The position numbers were made by a program, and so were the translations under genes. A stretch of DNA of 63,685 nt, counting the filler, from Octopus bimaculoides (lineage: Eukaryota), in NCBI RefSeq assembly GCF_001194135.2. It is 7 parts of 6 records of this genome, joined end to end, with 100 filler letters (N's around TTAATTAATTAA, not from the genome) between each part and the next. Parts side by side here need not be neighbours in the genome. Positions count along the whole stretch, not along the records: positions 11,815 to 23,955 come from NW_026295060.1; 6 more parts are not named here. The stretch is one strand, 5' to 3'. The notes below the pieces were generated by a model, which saw only the letters and a list, made by a program, of their open reading frames with translations, was not told the origin of the DNA and did not search any database. Positions 11,936 to 24,055 of this stretch are shown piece by piece (positions within the stretch are counted from its first letter, which is position 1; every line of letters begins with the position of its first letter).

Positions 11936-12832
11936 GGTCCCAACTGTTAGTAGCTGAGATACCAACTTTCTACATTAATAACTCTCCAACCCAATACCAG
12001 CATAGAACATAGACATTAAGTGAAATGTTAAAAGAAAGTTTTCAGCTCATATATGTACACAAAGTAAATACATGTAATTCAAAAACACGTTTGTGGAGCT
12101 TATTTCGTAACCAAAAAACAGGTACAGATTATAAACAATGATAGGTTGATTTTGGTGATTCATTTGACAGAGGTAGTAGAGAGGCAATCCGATGATAAAT
12201 GTGACCTTGGATCTTGAAAGTTTGCATGAATCTTGGCTCAGTTCAATCTCTTGTGGCTCCAAATGATGTTTTCTGTAGTGCGGCATTGTATTGCCTTGAT
12301 CATACAGTATTAACCCAAAACTAAAAAATAATAGCTACACACAAATTTATATCTATCAGTAAATAAACAACACAGGAATTTTCAATACGTGTGTATATGT
12401 TACAGAACATCCATTTAAAGCTACTCAGCAGAAGCTTTAAAAGGATACTCTGTACAGCACCTTATTCCATCACTATGGAATACAGCACTACGTATCAAAA
12501 TTTGTTCACAATATTCATGATAGGGGAAATAAAGTAAATATATGGTTGAGCTTAGATCATATTAATAAGCAATTCAAAGAAATGTGGTTTGTGCAACAAA
12601 GTAAATATTCAAATAAGCCATCAACACATCATAGCCTGTCAATATAACACGAAATTTCTAGTAAAAATCTTTAAAAGAAAACTACCATACATGAACTGCC
12701 AGTCTTACATCATAACCTTGCTTCCTCCTAAGGTTAATAAAATCAGAACTAGGGCTATACCAGGGATAATAGCTGGTAGACTTAAATTTAATCTATCACC
12801 TGACTTTTTAGTTCCTTCTGTGAACTCAACTC

Positions 12833-13901
12833 GTATCTTTCTGATTTGGCGGACACCATTTTATATTTAGTTTTTATTTAGTGTGTTTTCTACTGAAACA
12901 CTTTAAAACTTCATATACTTGTATATTTTGTCTTATAGAACAGAGAAAATGTTTATATTCGAAGTTATTTCATGTTAAAAATTGTCGTATTTCGGTAATT
13001 TCAACCAATCACTGATGTCTATTCAGCTGAATACAGTTACTGCTATTCTTTGTCAACAATAATTTGTGGTGGTGTATAGATCGTTTGTCCCTGGTAATCT
13101 TTTTAAATTAAGCACCAGTTATGCACTGGGATTAATATAATTGACTTATTCCTTCCCTCAAAAACCAGGCCTTGTGCCTATAAAATAAAGGTTTATTAGC
13201 TTCTGCCAATATGCTTGAATTACACTATTCTACTTGTTTCAGTTGATTGGATAATAGCTAATAAGGGAATCAAGCCAACAAAATAGTTGAAAGAAAGGGC
13301 TTCCAAACAGCTGCTTCATTTCCTAGAAATAGCAGCCAAATCTTCCTCAAATCAAACTCTACCATCATTTAGAAAATGTGCTACTGAGTACACAGTACAT
13401 AGAAAATTACCGAAAAATTGTTGAACAGATTTTTACCAAATTTGGCAAAAATGCTCATTGGGTGAGTGGTTTGAAACGAGATTATCTAAAACCCTAACCC
13501 TAACTCTAAAACCCTATTTCTAACCCTAAAACCCTAACTCTAACACCCTAAAGCTAAAACCAGTACAAATGCACAAACGAGGTCATAAATAACAGTACCG
13601 CCAATAGTTGTTGTTGACAAACAACAGCAGTAATTTTATTCAAGGGAAAAGATCCCATTACACCGCCAGAACGTGTTGTTGACAAACCACGGCAGTAATT
13701 GTTTTCACCTCAATAGACGTCAGTGATTGGTTGAAATTACTGAAATACGACAACTTTTGACATGAAATAACTTGGAATATAGAAACTTTTCTTAACAAGG
13801 TTAAGAGAAAAAGATGTTTTATATGACACATTCTACCAGTATCCAAAGTTTGAAAGTGTTTCGTTAGAAAACAAATGGTGTCCGCGAAATCAGAAAGATC
13901 C
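12833..13901. mobile_element. Foldback/MITE with an 8-bp TSD (Merlin-like by inference), internal degenerate CCCTAA repeats and nested SINE pieces
   Basis: TSD CTCAACTC at 12825-12832 and 13902-13909. Termini GTATCTTTCTGATTTGGCGGACACCATTT and AAATGGTGTCCGCGAAATCAGAAAGATCC. Arms are homologous to 5812-6629. Confidence 0.8.
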
Positions 13902-14425
13902 CTCAACTCTGTTGCAAAAGTATTCAGGTTAAATTCCTCCCTTCCTCTCATCAATCTCAAAAGTCCTGAAAAAAGTCAGGAGTAGTGTCTTTCTTCCATT
14001 GGCTAAGTCATAATAGGAAAAAAAAACCCTGTTTTCCTCTCTAACAAACATGCAGCACTTTTCTAATGTAAGAACTCAATAACAATAAGCATAAACAATA
14101 TTGAGGTTAAATTAATCAATTATAGTCTCTTATAAGAAGAATTAATAAGATAGAACCATATTGTGTACCACCTATAAATATTTAAGGTTTTCATAGAAAT
14201 AGTAAAGAATATAGAACAGGAAATGTCCCAAAAAATGTACCAGATACAGCACACACACACATCAAAAGCACATGAAATACATCTACATACAAATGTTGGG
14301 TGAAAATGGTATCTCTTTGTTTTCCTTTGTTCCTGAAATCAGTTTAGAGAGGAAAATGCAGTAGCTATTGCCTCCTTCAGGCCCTTTTCTAGCCGAGGAG
14401 ATTGAAAAAGTGAATAAGATTGGTG

Positions 14426-14735
14426 CATCATCATCATCATCGTTTAACGTCCGCTTTCCATGCTAGCATGGGTTGGACGATTTGACTGAGGACTGGTGAA
14501 ACCGGATGGCAACACCAGGCTCCAGTCTGATTTGGCAGAGTTTCTACAGCTGGATGCTCTTCCTAACGCCAACCACTCAGAGAGTGTAGTGGGTGCTTTT
14601 ACGTGTCACCCGCACGAAAACGGCCACGCTCGAAATGGTGTCTTTTATGTGCCACCCGCACAAGCCAGTCCAGGGGCACTGGCAACGATCTCGCTCGAAA
14701 ATCCTGCAGGAGCCAGTCAGGCGGTACTGGCAACA
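14426..14735 (-). mobile_element. RTE LINE 3' UTR with (GAT)n tail, 5'-truncated
   Basis: Near-identical to 19134-19369, which links across a gap to RT sequence, and homologous to 60848-61200. Confidence 0.8.
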
Positions 14736-16869
14736 AGAAAAAAAATAGAGTATTGTGGGGATTGTAAAATATTGTGTCTATTTTACTTATTGAATGTTGT
14801 ATTTAATGCAAAGTAAATGAAGTCACAAAACCAGTTAAACAAGTCTGACAATAAAGGTGGGGGACATTATGAAAGTACAGAACTATCTGAATGTATTATT
14901 CTTGAATGAATAAATATATGAGCATGTACATGTGTGGGGGTGTATTTATCTATGCATATACATGTTAATAAGTAAATATCAAAATAATCACAAGTAGTTA
15001 GAACTGCAAAGTACATACATACAAATACACATACACTAACTTGTCTATGTGGCATGCATTCTCATTCAGAAAAAAAAACAGATACACAAAATTATAATAT
15101 ATAGTAATACACTCACAGATACACCAGTTTTTATGGTCCTATTCACAAAAAAACTAAATATGTAAAATATACAAACTTTGAGAAATAACGAGCAACAAAG
15201 CAATAAGTATAATATATGGTCTGAAAAAATTGATGTTTACTAACTCCAGAAATCATGCAAGTCCCTGTTCAACAGGTTAACAACAGAAGGCTGAGAAGGA
15301 AAATCTGCAGGTAACATTGATGAAAGGACAATGTAATAAACTCAGTTATTTAGTTGGGTGTAACACAAATCAGTAAATCTCTAGTTTACACTTGAACTAA
15401 GTCTTTCTCTTTGATCAATTGCCACTACATCAATCACCTGAAGAAAGATTTTAGTACTCTGCTGTGCTATCTCCACTAGTTAAGATCTCTATCACTAGCA
15501 CAGCTCAATGAACTTTAAAAAAACAACAAACAGATCTGTAGTTCATTACTGTAAGTAGTAGGAACAGTGCATTGTTGAATGATTTATCAAATTGCAGTGT
15601 CATGCCCAAACCTTTCCGTAGGAGAGAACCTGAGATGCTGCAAAGAGATGCACTAGAAATAGCAGCTTTCTCTTAAACCACACCCTATCATCTTTAAACA
15701 AAAGTTATATTAGACAATAAAGTTATATTAGACAATAAAGTTAGGATGGTCTCAATTGAAACATCTATGATCATAGGTCTGTTTGATCAAGTTGATTTGA
15801 CTGGGTTAGACAACAACAACCATACTTAACTTTCTTTCACCCAACCATCATGACATGTCACCCTCATTAGACATCTTTCACAGACAAAACAAATATTTTA
15901 CAAATAAATCAACAAAGGAGCTTCTATGCAGCAATTCAATCTGATAGAAATAATAACTAAAGCTCCATTAAATTACAACACTACAATCTTGAAAAAGAAG
16001 ACACTATGGTAATGAAGTTTTTGTTTTTCATAGCATAGTCAAAGGTCAAAGTGCAGTGTCAATGACTTTTAAGTAGGGCCTTTAGTATTGTGAGGGAGAA
16101 GGAAGAAGAAACCACAACATATGTTGCTCCTTTAAAAAATAGCATACTAAAATACTGAGTTATCCTCAAATCCTCATACTAGAAATCTGGTCTGAATGCT
16201 TGCAATAGAACAAATTTTATTAAAGATGGTAATGTTTAATAAAACCAGGTGACAGATTAAGGATTATGTCTATCATCCAAGAACAAGTATAATTCATTAA
16301 ACAGGTTTCCACACAGTTTCTCTATACACAACTTCACTCTCAAGGTTATGGTAAAAGACACTTGCCCAAGGTTCTGTGAAGTAGGATTGAGTCCAGAACA
16401 GCATGATTACAAAGCAAACTTCTAAACAACACAGCTATCCCTCTGCCCATATATTATGGTTGAATACATAACTAAGATGATCACAGCAAAAAATGTTTCT
16501 GGTCATATGTTTGCTCAACACACATTGATCTGGGGTTAAAAAACAGTGTTAGTAACAACTACAGCTTCAACATAACCTCAACTAAGAATTGGTTTGGTAA
16601 GTCACACAATAAAAAGAGCTCAAGAAAAAAAGTAGCAGCTTCTCCTTCTCGCAACAGAATTTTCACTTAGCAATTTTTCCCACTCCTTTCTCAAAGTCAC
16701 AATCTTCTGGAATTTCCTTTCATGTGGCATCCTCAGTAACTTTTAACAGTTCAATCTAAATATGAATTAAACAGACATCATTCATTAGTCTCCATGTTTC
16801 AATCTAAGAAAGCAAATAAAGAAATAGCTACAGAACAATGTCGCTCCTCAAATTAGCAAATGAAAGAAA

Positions 16870-17760
16870 AAATACTTAAAACAAAAGCATAGTAAAAATT
16901 AACCTTTCTCTAACAATATTTTTCAATTACTGCAACAATTGCTCTTCTCATGTAGTCATAGATGACTTCAAGAACATCACTTTAAAATTTCTTCCTCCCA
17001 ACACAATGTCAATGCTGCAGCCCTGTGACAGGGGGATAATCAAGACCTTGAAAGCCTATTTCAGACATGAAATGAACGAGATCATTGATGTTATGGAAGA
17101 CACTGAACATGACATTTTTGCCCAAGGAGTTGCAAAGCAGATCACCATTTTGGATGTCATGTACATGTTAAGCATAGCTTGGAAGGTTTCTAGCCAGACA
17201 ATCATTGTTGGACCAAAGTTGGTTTTGTTTCAGTCGAAGAATCAAATGAAGCCATAGATGTTAATGAAGATTTGATCTTGCATTCACTGCCTATTGGATT
17301 AACCAAAAAGCAATTCGAGAACTAAATGTTCATAGATGATGGTGCTGTTGTTGCTCCAAGGATCATCACTGAAGATGAAAAACTAGATGAGATTATTCAT
17401 GACATTCAGCAATCTAAGAAGGAAACCGAAGGAGATGAAGATGGCAATTCTGGCATTGATGTTGATGAAAGAGTTCCAGAGCCTCTAACACCAGCTGAAA
17501 TGAGACAGCATCTCATTCGATTAGAAAGTGGCCTTGAAAGTTTTGATCTCAGATACATGAATCTTTTTAGAACTGTTAAGGAAACAATCAATGCAGAGTT
17601 ACAACAAAGCGTTCAGCAAAGCAAACAAGACTCAACAAATTTTTCATTCAATGACATTGTTTACAATGCTTTTATTCGTGTATTAACAAATGTATATATT
17701 TTAATAAATACACATTTAATCAATCGGTAAATTTTGTTCCTTTGGTTAATAAATCCCTTA
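16870..17760 (+). mobile_element. pogo/Tigger-type transposase remnant
   Basis: DFKNITLKFLPPNTMSMLQPCDRGIIKTLKAYFR matches the FLPPNTTSxLQPxDQGII motif, followed by an acidic C-terminal region. Confidence 0.85.
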
Positions 17761-17852
17761 TTTAATGAATCCAAAGTTGGCAGTCGCAAGATTGATTTAT
17801 AAAGCAAGGTCTACTGTAATTATTATTACTACTACTACTACAACTATTATCA

Positions 17853-18088
17853 AGGGCAGTGAGCTGGCAGAATTGTTAGTATGCCAGACAAGATGCATAG
17901 TGGCATTTCTCCCAGCTTTACACTCTGAGTTCAAACTCTGCCGTAGTTGATTTTGTTTTCCATCTTCTTAGGATTAATAAAGTATCTGTTGAGAACTGGT
18001 GGTCAATGAAATCAACTATCGCCTCTCCCAAATTTCAGGCCTTGTTCCTGTAGTAGAAAGAATCATTATCATTATTATTATTATTAAC
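17853..18088 (+). mobile_element. SINE family A with (ATT)n tail, CpG-decayed
   Basis: Homology to the other family A copies. Confidence 0.75.
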
Positions 18089-19133
18089 AGTAGTGGCAGC
18101 GAAACAAATGCTATGGAGCAAGAAGTTAACTCCAACCAAAATACAATGGACTCAATCAACTTTAAGACCTTTCCACTTCACACACATTGCTAAAACCCAT
18201 GGGGAAAATCATAGATATCACCAATTCTTACTCCCACAATTTAGAGCCTTTATCAAAATGAATCTATTATTACTACAGGAAATACTGTACCACTGAAAAC
18301 TAGGTCCTTAGAATTTTTTGACATTAACATAAATGCTTTTCAGGTTTTTTTTTTTTACCTATAGTTCAGTCTTTGAGGATAAAAACATTTTTTTTCTTCT
18401 GAAATATGGAGACATTGCAAGTTAGAAGTGTCAATGTTCTAAACCAATTATTAGCACAACCAGCCTAGTAATGATATGTAAGTAGCACTGACTACCAGCA
18501 TAAATTTTTCATCATTGTCATTTTAGCTAACATTTTGTGTTATTTCATGCTGAGAAATACCTAACCTATTTGAGTGCAATTTCTTTATGTAGGAGAAGTA
18601 GGAGGTGGAGGGACACTCCAGTGACACAACCAGCATCACGCATGTTTCATTCTGTACACACACAGTATATAACAAAAGCACTGTTTGCAATTCCCTTTCA
18701 CACACATGTTAATGTTCAACTCAGCTTACTGTACATTCAATTTTACTTTAAATACATTCCCATACAGATACATTTACACAGACACACATTCTCAAACATT
18801 ACCCACACACACAAACACACACACAATTATGCATACACAATGCATGCTCTTTTGCTGAACACATACACACAAATAAGCAAACAAGTTGATACTTATAAAG
18901 AATAATTTCAATTCTGGTTATTATGATCATAATGATAATGATGATAATGAAGATGCTGAAGATGGTGATAATAAATGAATGATACCAGCATATATTGCTT
19001 GTCAGTTCAACATGTTTTACTCTAGGCTTGCATGGATTTAATAGGTGGATAGTAAATATAATTATAATGAAATTATGAATATCATTTTATAAATAAACTA
19101 GGATTCAGATGAAGAGATTTGTGATTTGTACAT

Positions 19134-20450
19134 ATCATCATCATCATCATCATCATCGTTTAACGTCCGCTTTCCATGCTAGCATGGGTTGGACGATTTG
19201 ACTGAGGACTGGTGAAACCGGATGGCAACACCAGGCTCCAGTCTGATTTGGCAGAGTTTCTACAGCTGGATGCCCTTCCTAACGCCAACCACTCAGAGAG
19301 TGTAGTGGGTGCTTTTACGTGTCACCCGCACGAAAACGGCCACGCTCGAAATGGTGTCTTTTATGTGCCNNNNNNNNNNNNNNNNNNNNNNNNNNNNNNN
19401 NNNNNNNNNNNNNNNNNNNNNNNNNNNNNNNNNNNNNNNNNNNNNNNNNNNNNNNNNNNNNNNNNNNNNNNNNNNNNNNNNNNNNNNNNNNNNNNNNNNN
19501 NNNNNNNNNNNNNNNNNNNNNNNNNNNNNNNNNNNNNNNNNNNNNNNNNNNNNNNNNNNNNNNNNNNNNNNNNNNNNNNNNNNNNNNNNNNNNNNNNNNN
19601 NNNNNNNNNNNNNNNNNNNNNNNNNNNNNNNNNNNNNNNNNNNNNNNNNNNNNNNNNNNNNNNNNNNNNNNNNNNNNNNNNNNNNNNNNNNNNNNNNNNN
19701 NNNNNNNNNNNNNNNNNNNNNNNNNNNNNNNNNNNNNNNNNNNNNNNNNNNNNNNNNNNNNNNNNNNNNNNNNNNNNNNNNNNNNNNNNNNNNNNNNNNN
19801 NNNNNNNNNNNNNNNNNNNNNNNNNNNNNNNNNNNNNNNNNNNNNNNNNNNNNNNNNNNNNNNNNNNNNNNNNNNNNNNNNNNNNNNNNNNNNNNNNNNN
19901 NNNNNNNNNNNNNNNNNNNNNNNNNNNNNNNNNNNNNNNNNNNNNNNNNNNNNNNNNNNNNNNNNNNNNNNNNNNNNNNNNNNNNNNNNNNNNNNNNNNN
20001 NNNNNNNNNNNNNNNNNNNNNNNNNNNNNNNNNNNNNNNNNNNNNNNNNNNNNNNNNNNNNNNNNNNNNNNNNNNNNNNNNNNNNNNNNNNNNNNNNNNN
20101 NNNNNNNNNNNNNNNNNNNNAGGGGTAAGAGCTCTCTAAACTTTGCCCAGGCTATTCTTATTCTAGCAGCTACACTTTCAGCGCACCCACCCCCACTACT
20201 AACTTGGTCGCCCAGATAGCGGAAGCTATCGACTACCTCTAGTTTTTCACCCTGGAATGAGATAGAAGTTGTTTCCTGTTTGTTTGCAGTCTTTATTGCA
20301 CCTGAACATCTGCCACAAACAAAAACTAACTTGCTAGTTAACCTGCCTTTGATGTTGCTGCACCTCTTATGTGTCCATAGCTTGCACCGGGTACATCTTA
20401 TAGAGTTACTACCTACTCCTTTTCTACATACTGAGCAGGGCCTGCAAAAC
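19134..20450 (-). mobile_element. 5'-truncated RTE LINE (RT with PHD-like insertion, gap, 3' UTR, (GAT)n tail)
   Basis: CSVCRKGVGSNSIRCTRCKLWTHKRC...FVCGRC, then EKLEVVDSFRYLGDQVSSGGGCAESVAARIRIAWAKFRELLP. Confidence 0.9.
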
Positions 20451-21538
20451 ACATATGTACTTACAAGCACATATATTCACACATACACACACACGTATAT
20501 GTGAGACCAGCAAACATTCATGCACACACATTTACATATTTATGCAAACACACATGCATACACCTCTGCACATTCCTACAGACATGAATGTATATTCATG
20601 TCTGTATGATGCATTTATGCACACTTGCTTGGAGAAACCTCCGAACACATATGATTTGAGAAGAGATTGAATTTGCAATCCCTATAGCATAAAGCAAACA
20701 TTTTGTTACTCCAGTATGACAAAATAGACATATTTTTAGTTTTCTAATGGAAGTTGAATTAACCTTACAAATTAATTATACAAAATCATTATGCAAACTT
20801 GAATAATGTGAATTTTGAAAAAAACCTTCAACCAATTTTGAATCACAAAACAGTGTTCTATGGTGAGGTCAAGCTATGACAATGGTTCTAAAACATTCTT
20901 GTTCTATACTCTCATCTACTTCAAAACTATGGTAGACATCTAAATGCCCTGATCCTAATTCAATCTACCATTTGATAGTTGGATTTAAGCAGAATTTTCT
21001 GTGTTAATTATCAGATTTATAATTCCGGGCTTCAGTTTTGCATTTTATTTTAAAACACTGAATGTGAAGATAATTTCTATTTTTTTATTCTCAGAAGATT
21101 TTGTGACACTGACCAAAATAGCCCAAGAAAATACTGAAAATGAATTTAAACTCTAGTTATATGAATAGGTATTTCAAATATTTTTATCCACTTAAAAAAA
21201 AATCCCCTCTACAAAACTGTTCTAATTTACTATCAAAGGTTTCAAGAACAGTCTCCAGCTATACAACACATGCTGATATTGATTGATTTGCAATACATCC
21301 TCCCAGTATCTAAAATAGAAAACTTTACATTTTTAGCTACCATCTAAGTTTTGAGTAACAGATGGCAGATTTAAAAGAGCATCAAACTATTAAACAAAAT
21401 GAAATATTCTGGCATAGCATAAGTCTCTCACTCAACTAGATCAGAGGATTGTATGTGGTAATATTGAAAGCTCAACACATCAGGCCTTAACATCTAGCTC
21501 TCTAGTTGTGTGTTAGCCTCTCTCTCCCTCTCTGCATT

Positions 21539-21586
<48 letters not shown>

Positions 21587-22101
21587 TGTATATATTACTT
21601 GAGAGTTTTACTTGTTTAGCAAGTGATTTGCTTTGAGTGTGTTGAAATGGAAACAATTAGATTATGGAAAAGTTATAGTAGTTATTTAAAACATACACAA
21701 GCCATATTCCCTCTCGAATAAGTTTGCTTGATGTGAATACTGAGATTTTGAGTAAAGCTTGTATTTTGGGGAGAAAAAGTCTTATAATTTTACTCTCTGA
21801 AGAAGGAATTTGCTGAAAATGTCAGTATTGTTGTCACTTCATAGCATACATACTTTACCAAAGGATTTCTGCCACAACTAGTTTGCTTGGATTGGTTTTT
21901 ATTTGCATCATTAGATTTCCTGTGTCCTAAACACTTGAAGTTGATAAAACAGTACTGACAAGAGCTACACAATAGCAGTCAACAATGTAGCTGGGTATCA
22001 AACTAACCAACAACATTAAATGCTGTTAAATTAATGACTATACTATGAAGTACAGAGTAAATCAATAGAGCCTGGGTGACTTAGAGAGAGGTTAGTAAGA
22101 A

Positions 22102-22102
22102 G

Positions 22103-22139
<37 letters not shown>

Positions 22140-22158
22140 CAGCAGCAGCAGCAGCAGC
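22102..22158. repeat. (AGT)n(AGC)n microsatellite
   Basis: Direct reading. Confidence 0.95.
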
Positions 22159-23074
22159 AAGAAAAAAAGGCAGTGTTATAATGTGGAGTAAGTAGTTCTG
22201 GCAACACCTGCTCGTATGTCAATGTGTCTGGCAACAACTGCTTGTGTGTTTATGCATATGCATAGTTGCAATGCTGTAAATGCTAATGCTGCATAAAGCA
22301 GTATCACTAGAAATGGTGATAGAATTATAGAGTGTGTGTTTGTGTGTGTGTATTTAGCAGAAGCAACAGAGTGACCCAAGGGTCAAGAGTTTCGTATGTT
22401 GGCACTTCATAATTGCCAACACATGAAACTATCAACCCTTCAGTCACTCTAATGTTTCTGCTAAATATTGATAAATATATATATACTCCTATTTTGAGTT
22501 CTATTTTTCCTGTTTGCATCACCATAACTTTATGGGAAATTTGATTGCTATTTCTAGTAAATGAAGGCACAAACATAAATAATGGCATGTAATAATAATT
22601 ATAATGATGGTGGTGTAATGTGGTGTATGTAATGTTGGTTGTGAGTCACAGAAGGCAAAGTTAACAGGTTGCTGATAAACAAACTCAGAGATCAGCAATC
22701 CATATCCCCTCATAAGCCATGCGCTTACTTAACTCACAAATTATCCAGTCTGACTACCATTTAATAGGAATACCTCAACAGTGCTGCAATTTTTTTTTCT
22801 GTTATTCATTAAATGTATTTACTTCTTCCATTATTCTATTACCTTGTAGTACAAAATTTAAATCTCCCACATGGGTATAACTTTGAAAGACAAGGATTTC
22901 TACTTTTTCTTTATAACACTACATCAAGACAAATTCTTTGAAATGGTCCTAATGTTCCAACAGATTATGGGATTCACAACTATGAAATGTGTAGGAGCAG
23001 TAGTGCCATGTAGTGTTGTTCCTGATATTGTCTAGTCCTCAGATAGCCTGACAAGCAAATTTACCATCACCAAC

Positions 23075-23235
23075 ATTTAATGGCCATCTGCCATGCTGGC
23101 ATAAGTTGGACAGTTGGACAGGTACTGGCCAGGCAGGAGCTTGCACTTGACTTCCATGTCTGTTTTAGCACAGTTTATGAAGCTGGATGCCCTTCCTATA
23201 ACCAACAACCCATGAGAGTACACAGGATGATTTTC
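23075..23235 (-). mobile_element. Diverged RTE-type 3' tail (LINE or partner SINE)
   Basis: TTTAATGGCCATCTGCCATGCTGGCAT...GCTGGATGCCCTTCCTA resembles 14426-14590. Confidence 0.55.
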
Positions 23236-23254
23236 ACAAGGCAAAAGCACACGT

Positions 23255-23255
23255 C

Positions 23256-23291
<36 letters not shown>

Positions 23292-23488
23292 CAAAAAAAA
23301 TATATACTTATGCATATATCCATACATATATGTACATATATTATTTATATTATTATATGATCGAACGCCACACATCCTTTTCCAAGTAAGTTTTATCTAT
23401 ATAAATATATACATATATACACATATACAAATAAACAATATATATACAAATAAACAATATATATATATACATATGCACACACAAATAG

Positions 23489-23519
<31 letters not shown>

Positions 23520-23669
23520 TATATACACAAATATATACAAATAGACATATATATATATATATATATACATATATACAAATAGACATATATATATACATAT
23601 ATATACATATATACAAATAGACATATATATATATATACATACAAATAGACATATATACAAATAGACATA
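23255..23669. repeat. AT-rich TA/ATAC/ACAAATAGAC minisatellite
   Basis: Direct reading. Confidence 0.85.
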
Positions 23670-23955
23670 TGTAGTGAAACTACCTATCGTCACTAGATAC
23701 AAAACTACTATCGCCATTACATACAATCTTCTCATTTAAATATAAATAAATGCGAGCGTAGTAGAGAACCCATTCCTTGTCCATCACGTGACTGATCATT
23801 ATTCGAATCGGCAACTTCTTCGAACCGTTCCCGCCAGAACGTAAACTGACCAATCACTGCCCCTAATAAGGTCACGTGATAGAGTAAAATTCTAAAGGCA
23901 TTTGAAGCCCTCTTAACGCTATATATAGATCAACTCATACCCAATAATTTGTCTC
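23670..23955 (+). mobile_element. LTR 5' part (same family as 9478-10318)
   Basis: TG start. Shares AAATGCGAGCGTAG, GACCAA and CTAATAAGGTCA(C/T)GTGA. Cut by the spacer. Confidence 0.55.
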
Positions 23956-24055
23956 NNNNNNNNNNNNNNNNNNNNNNNNNNNNNNNNNNNNNNNNNNNNT
24001 TAATTAATTAANNNNNNNNNNNNNNNNNNNNNNNNNNNNNNNNNNNNNNNNNNNN
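23956..24055. other. Artificial 100-bp spacer
   Basis: N44-TTAATTAATTAA-N44. Confidence 0.95.

Larger units (their letters stand above)
14291..21926 (-). other. Chain of candidate short exons of an unidentified gene (21926-21854, 21309-21231, 18292-18232, 15304-15245, 14332-14291)
   Basis: AG/GT-flanked open segments with compatible phases. No recognisable homology, and similar candidates can arise by chance. Confidence 0.2.

Noticed and set aside
12700-12830. TM/GPI-like peptide GDRLNLSLPAIIPGIALVLILLTLGG
   Set aside because: The splice context is weak or disrupted and an upstream in-frame stop is present. Hydrophobic frames are common in AT-rich DNA.
14496-14816. Repeated ORF MKPDGNTRLQSDLAEF (also at 19212)
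   Set aside because: It is the antisense reading of the RTE 3' UTR, duplicated because the element is.
21095-21160. Plus-strand acceptor followed by DFVTLTKIAQENTENEFKL*
   Set aside because: It is isolated, with no partner exons or homology, and it shows how easily such candidates arise.
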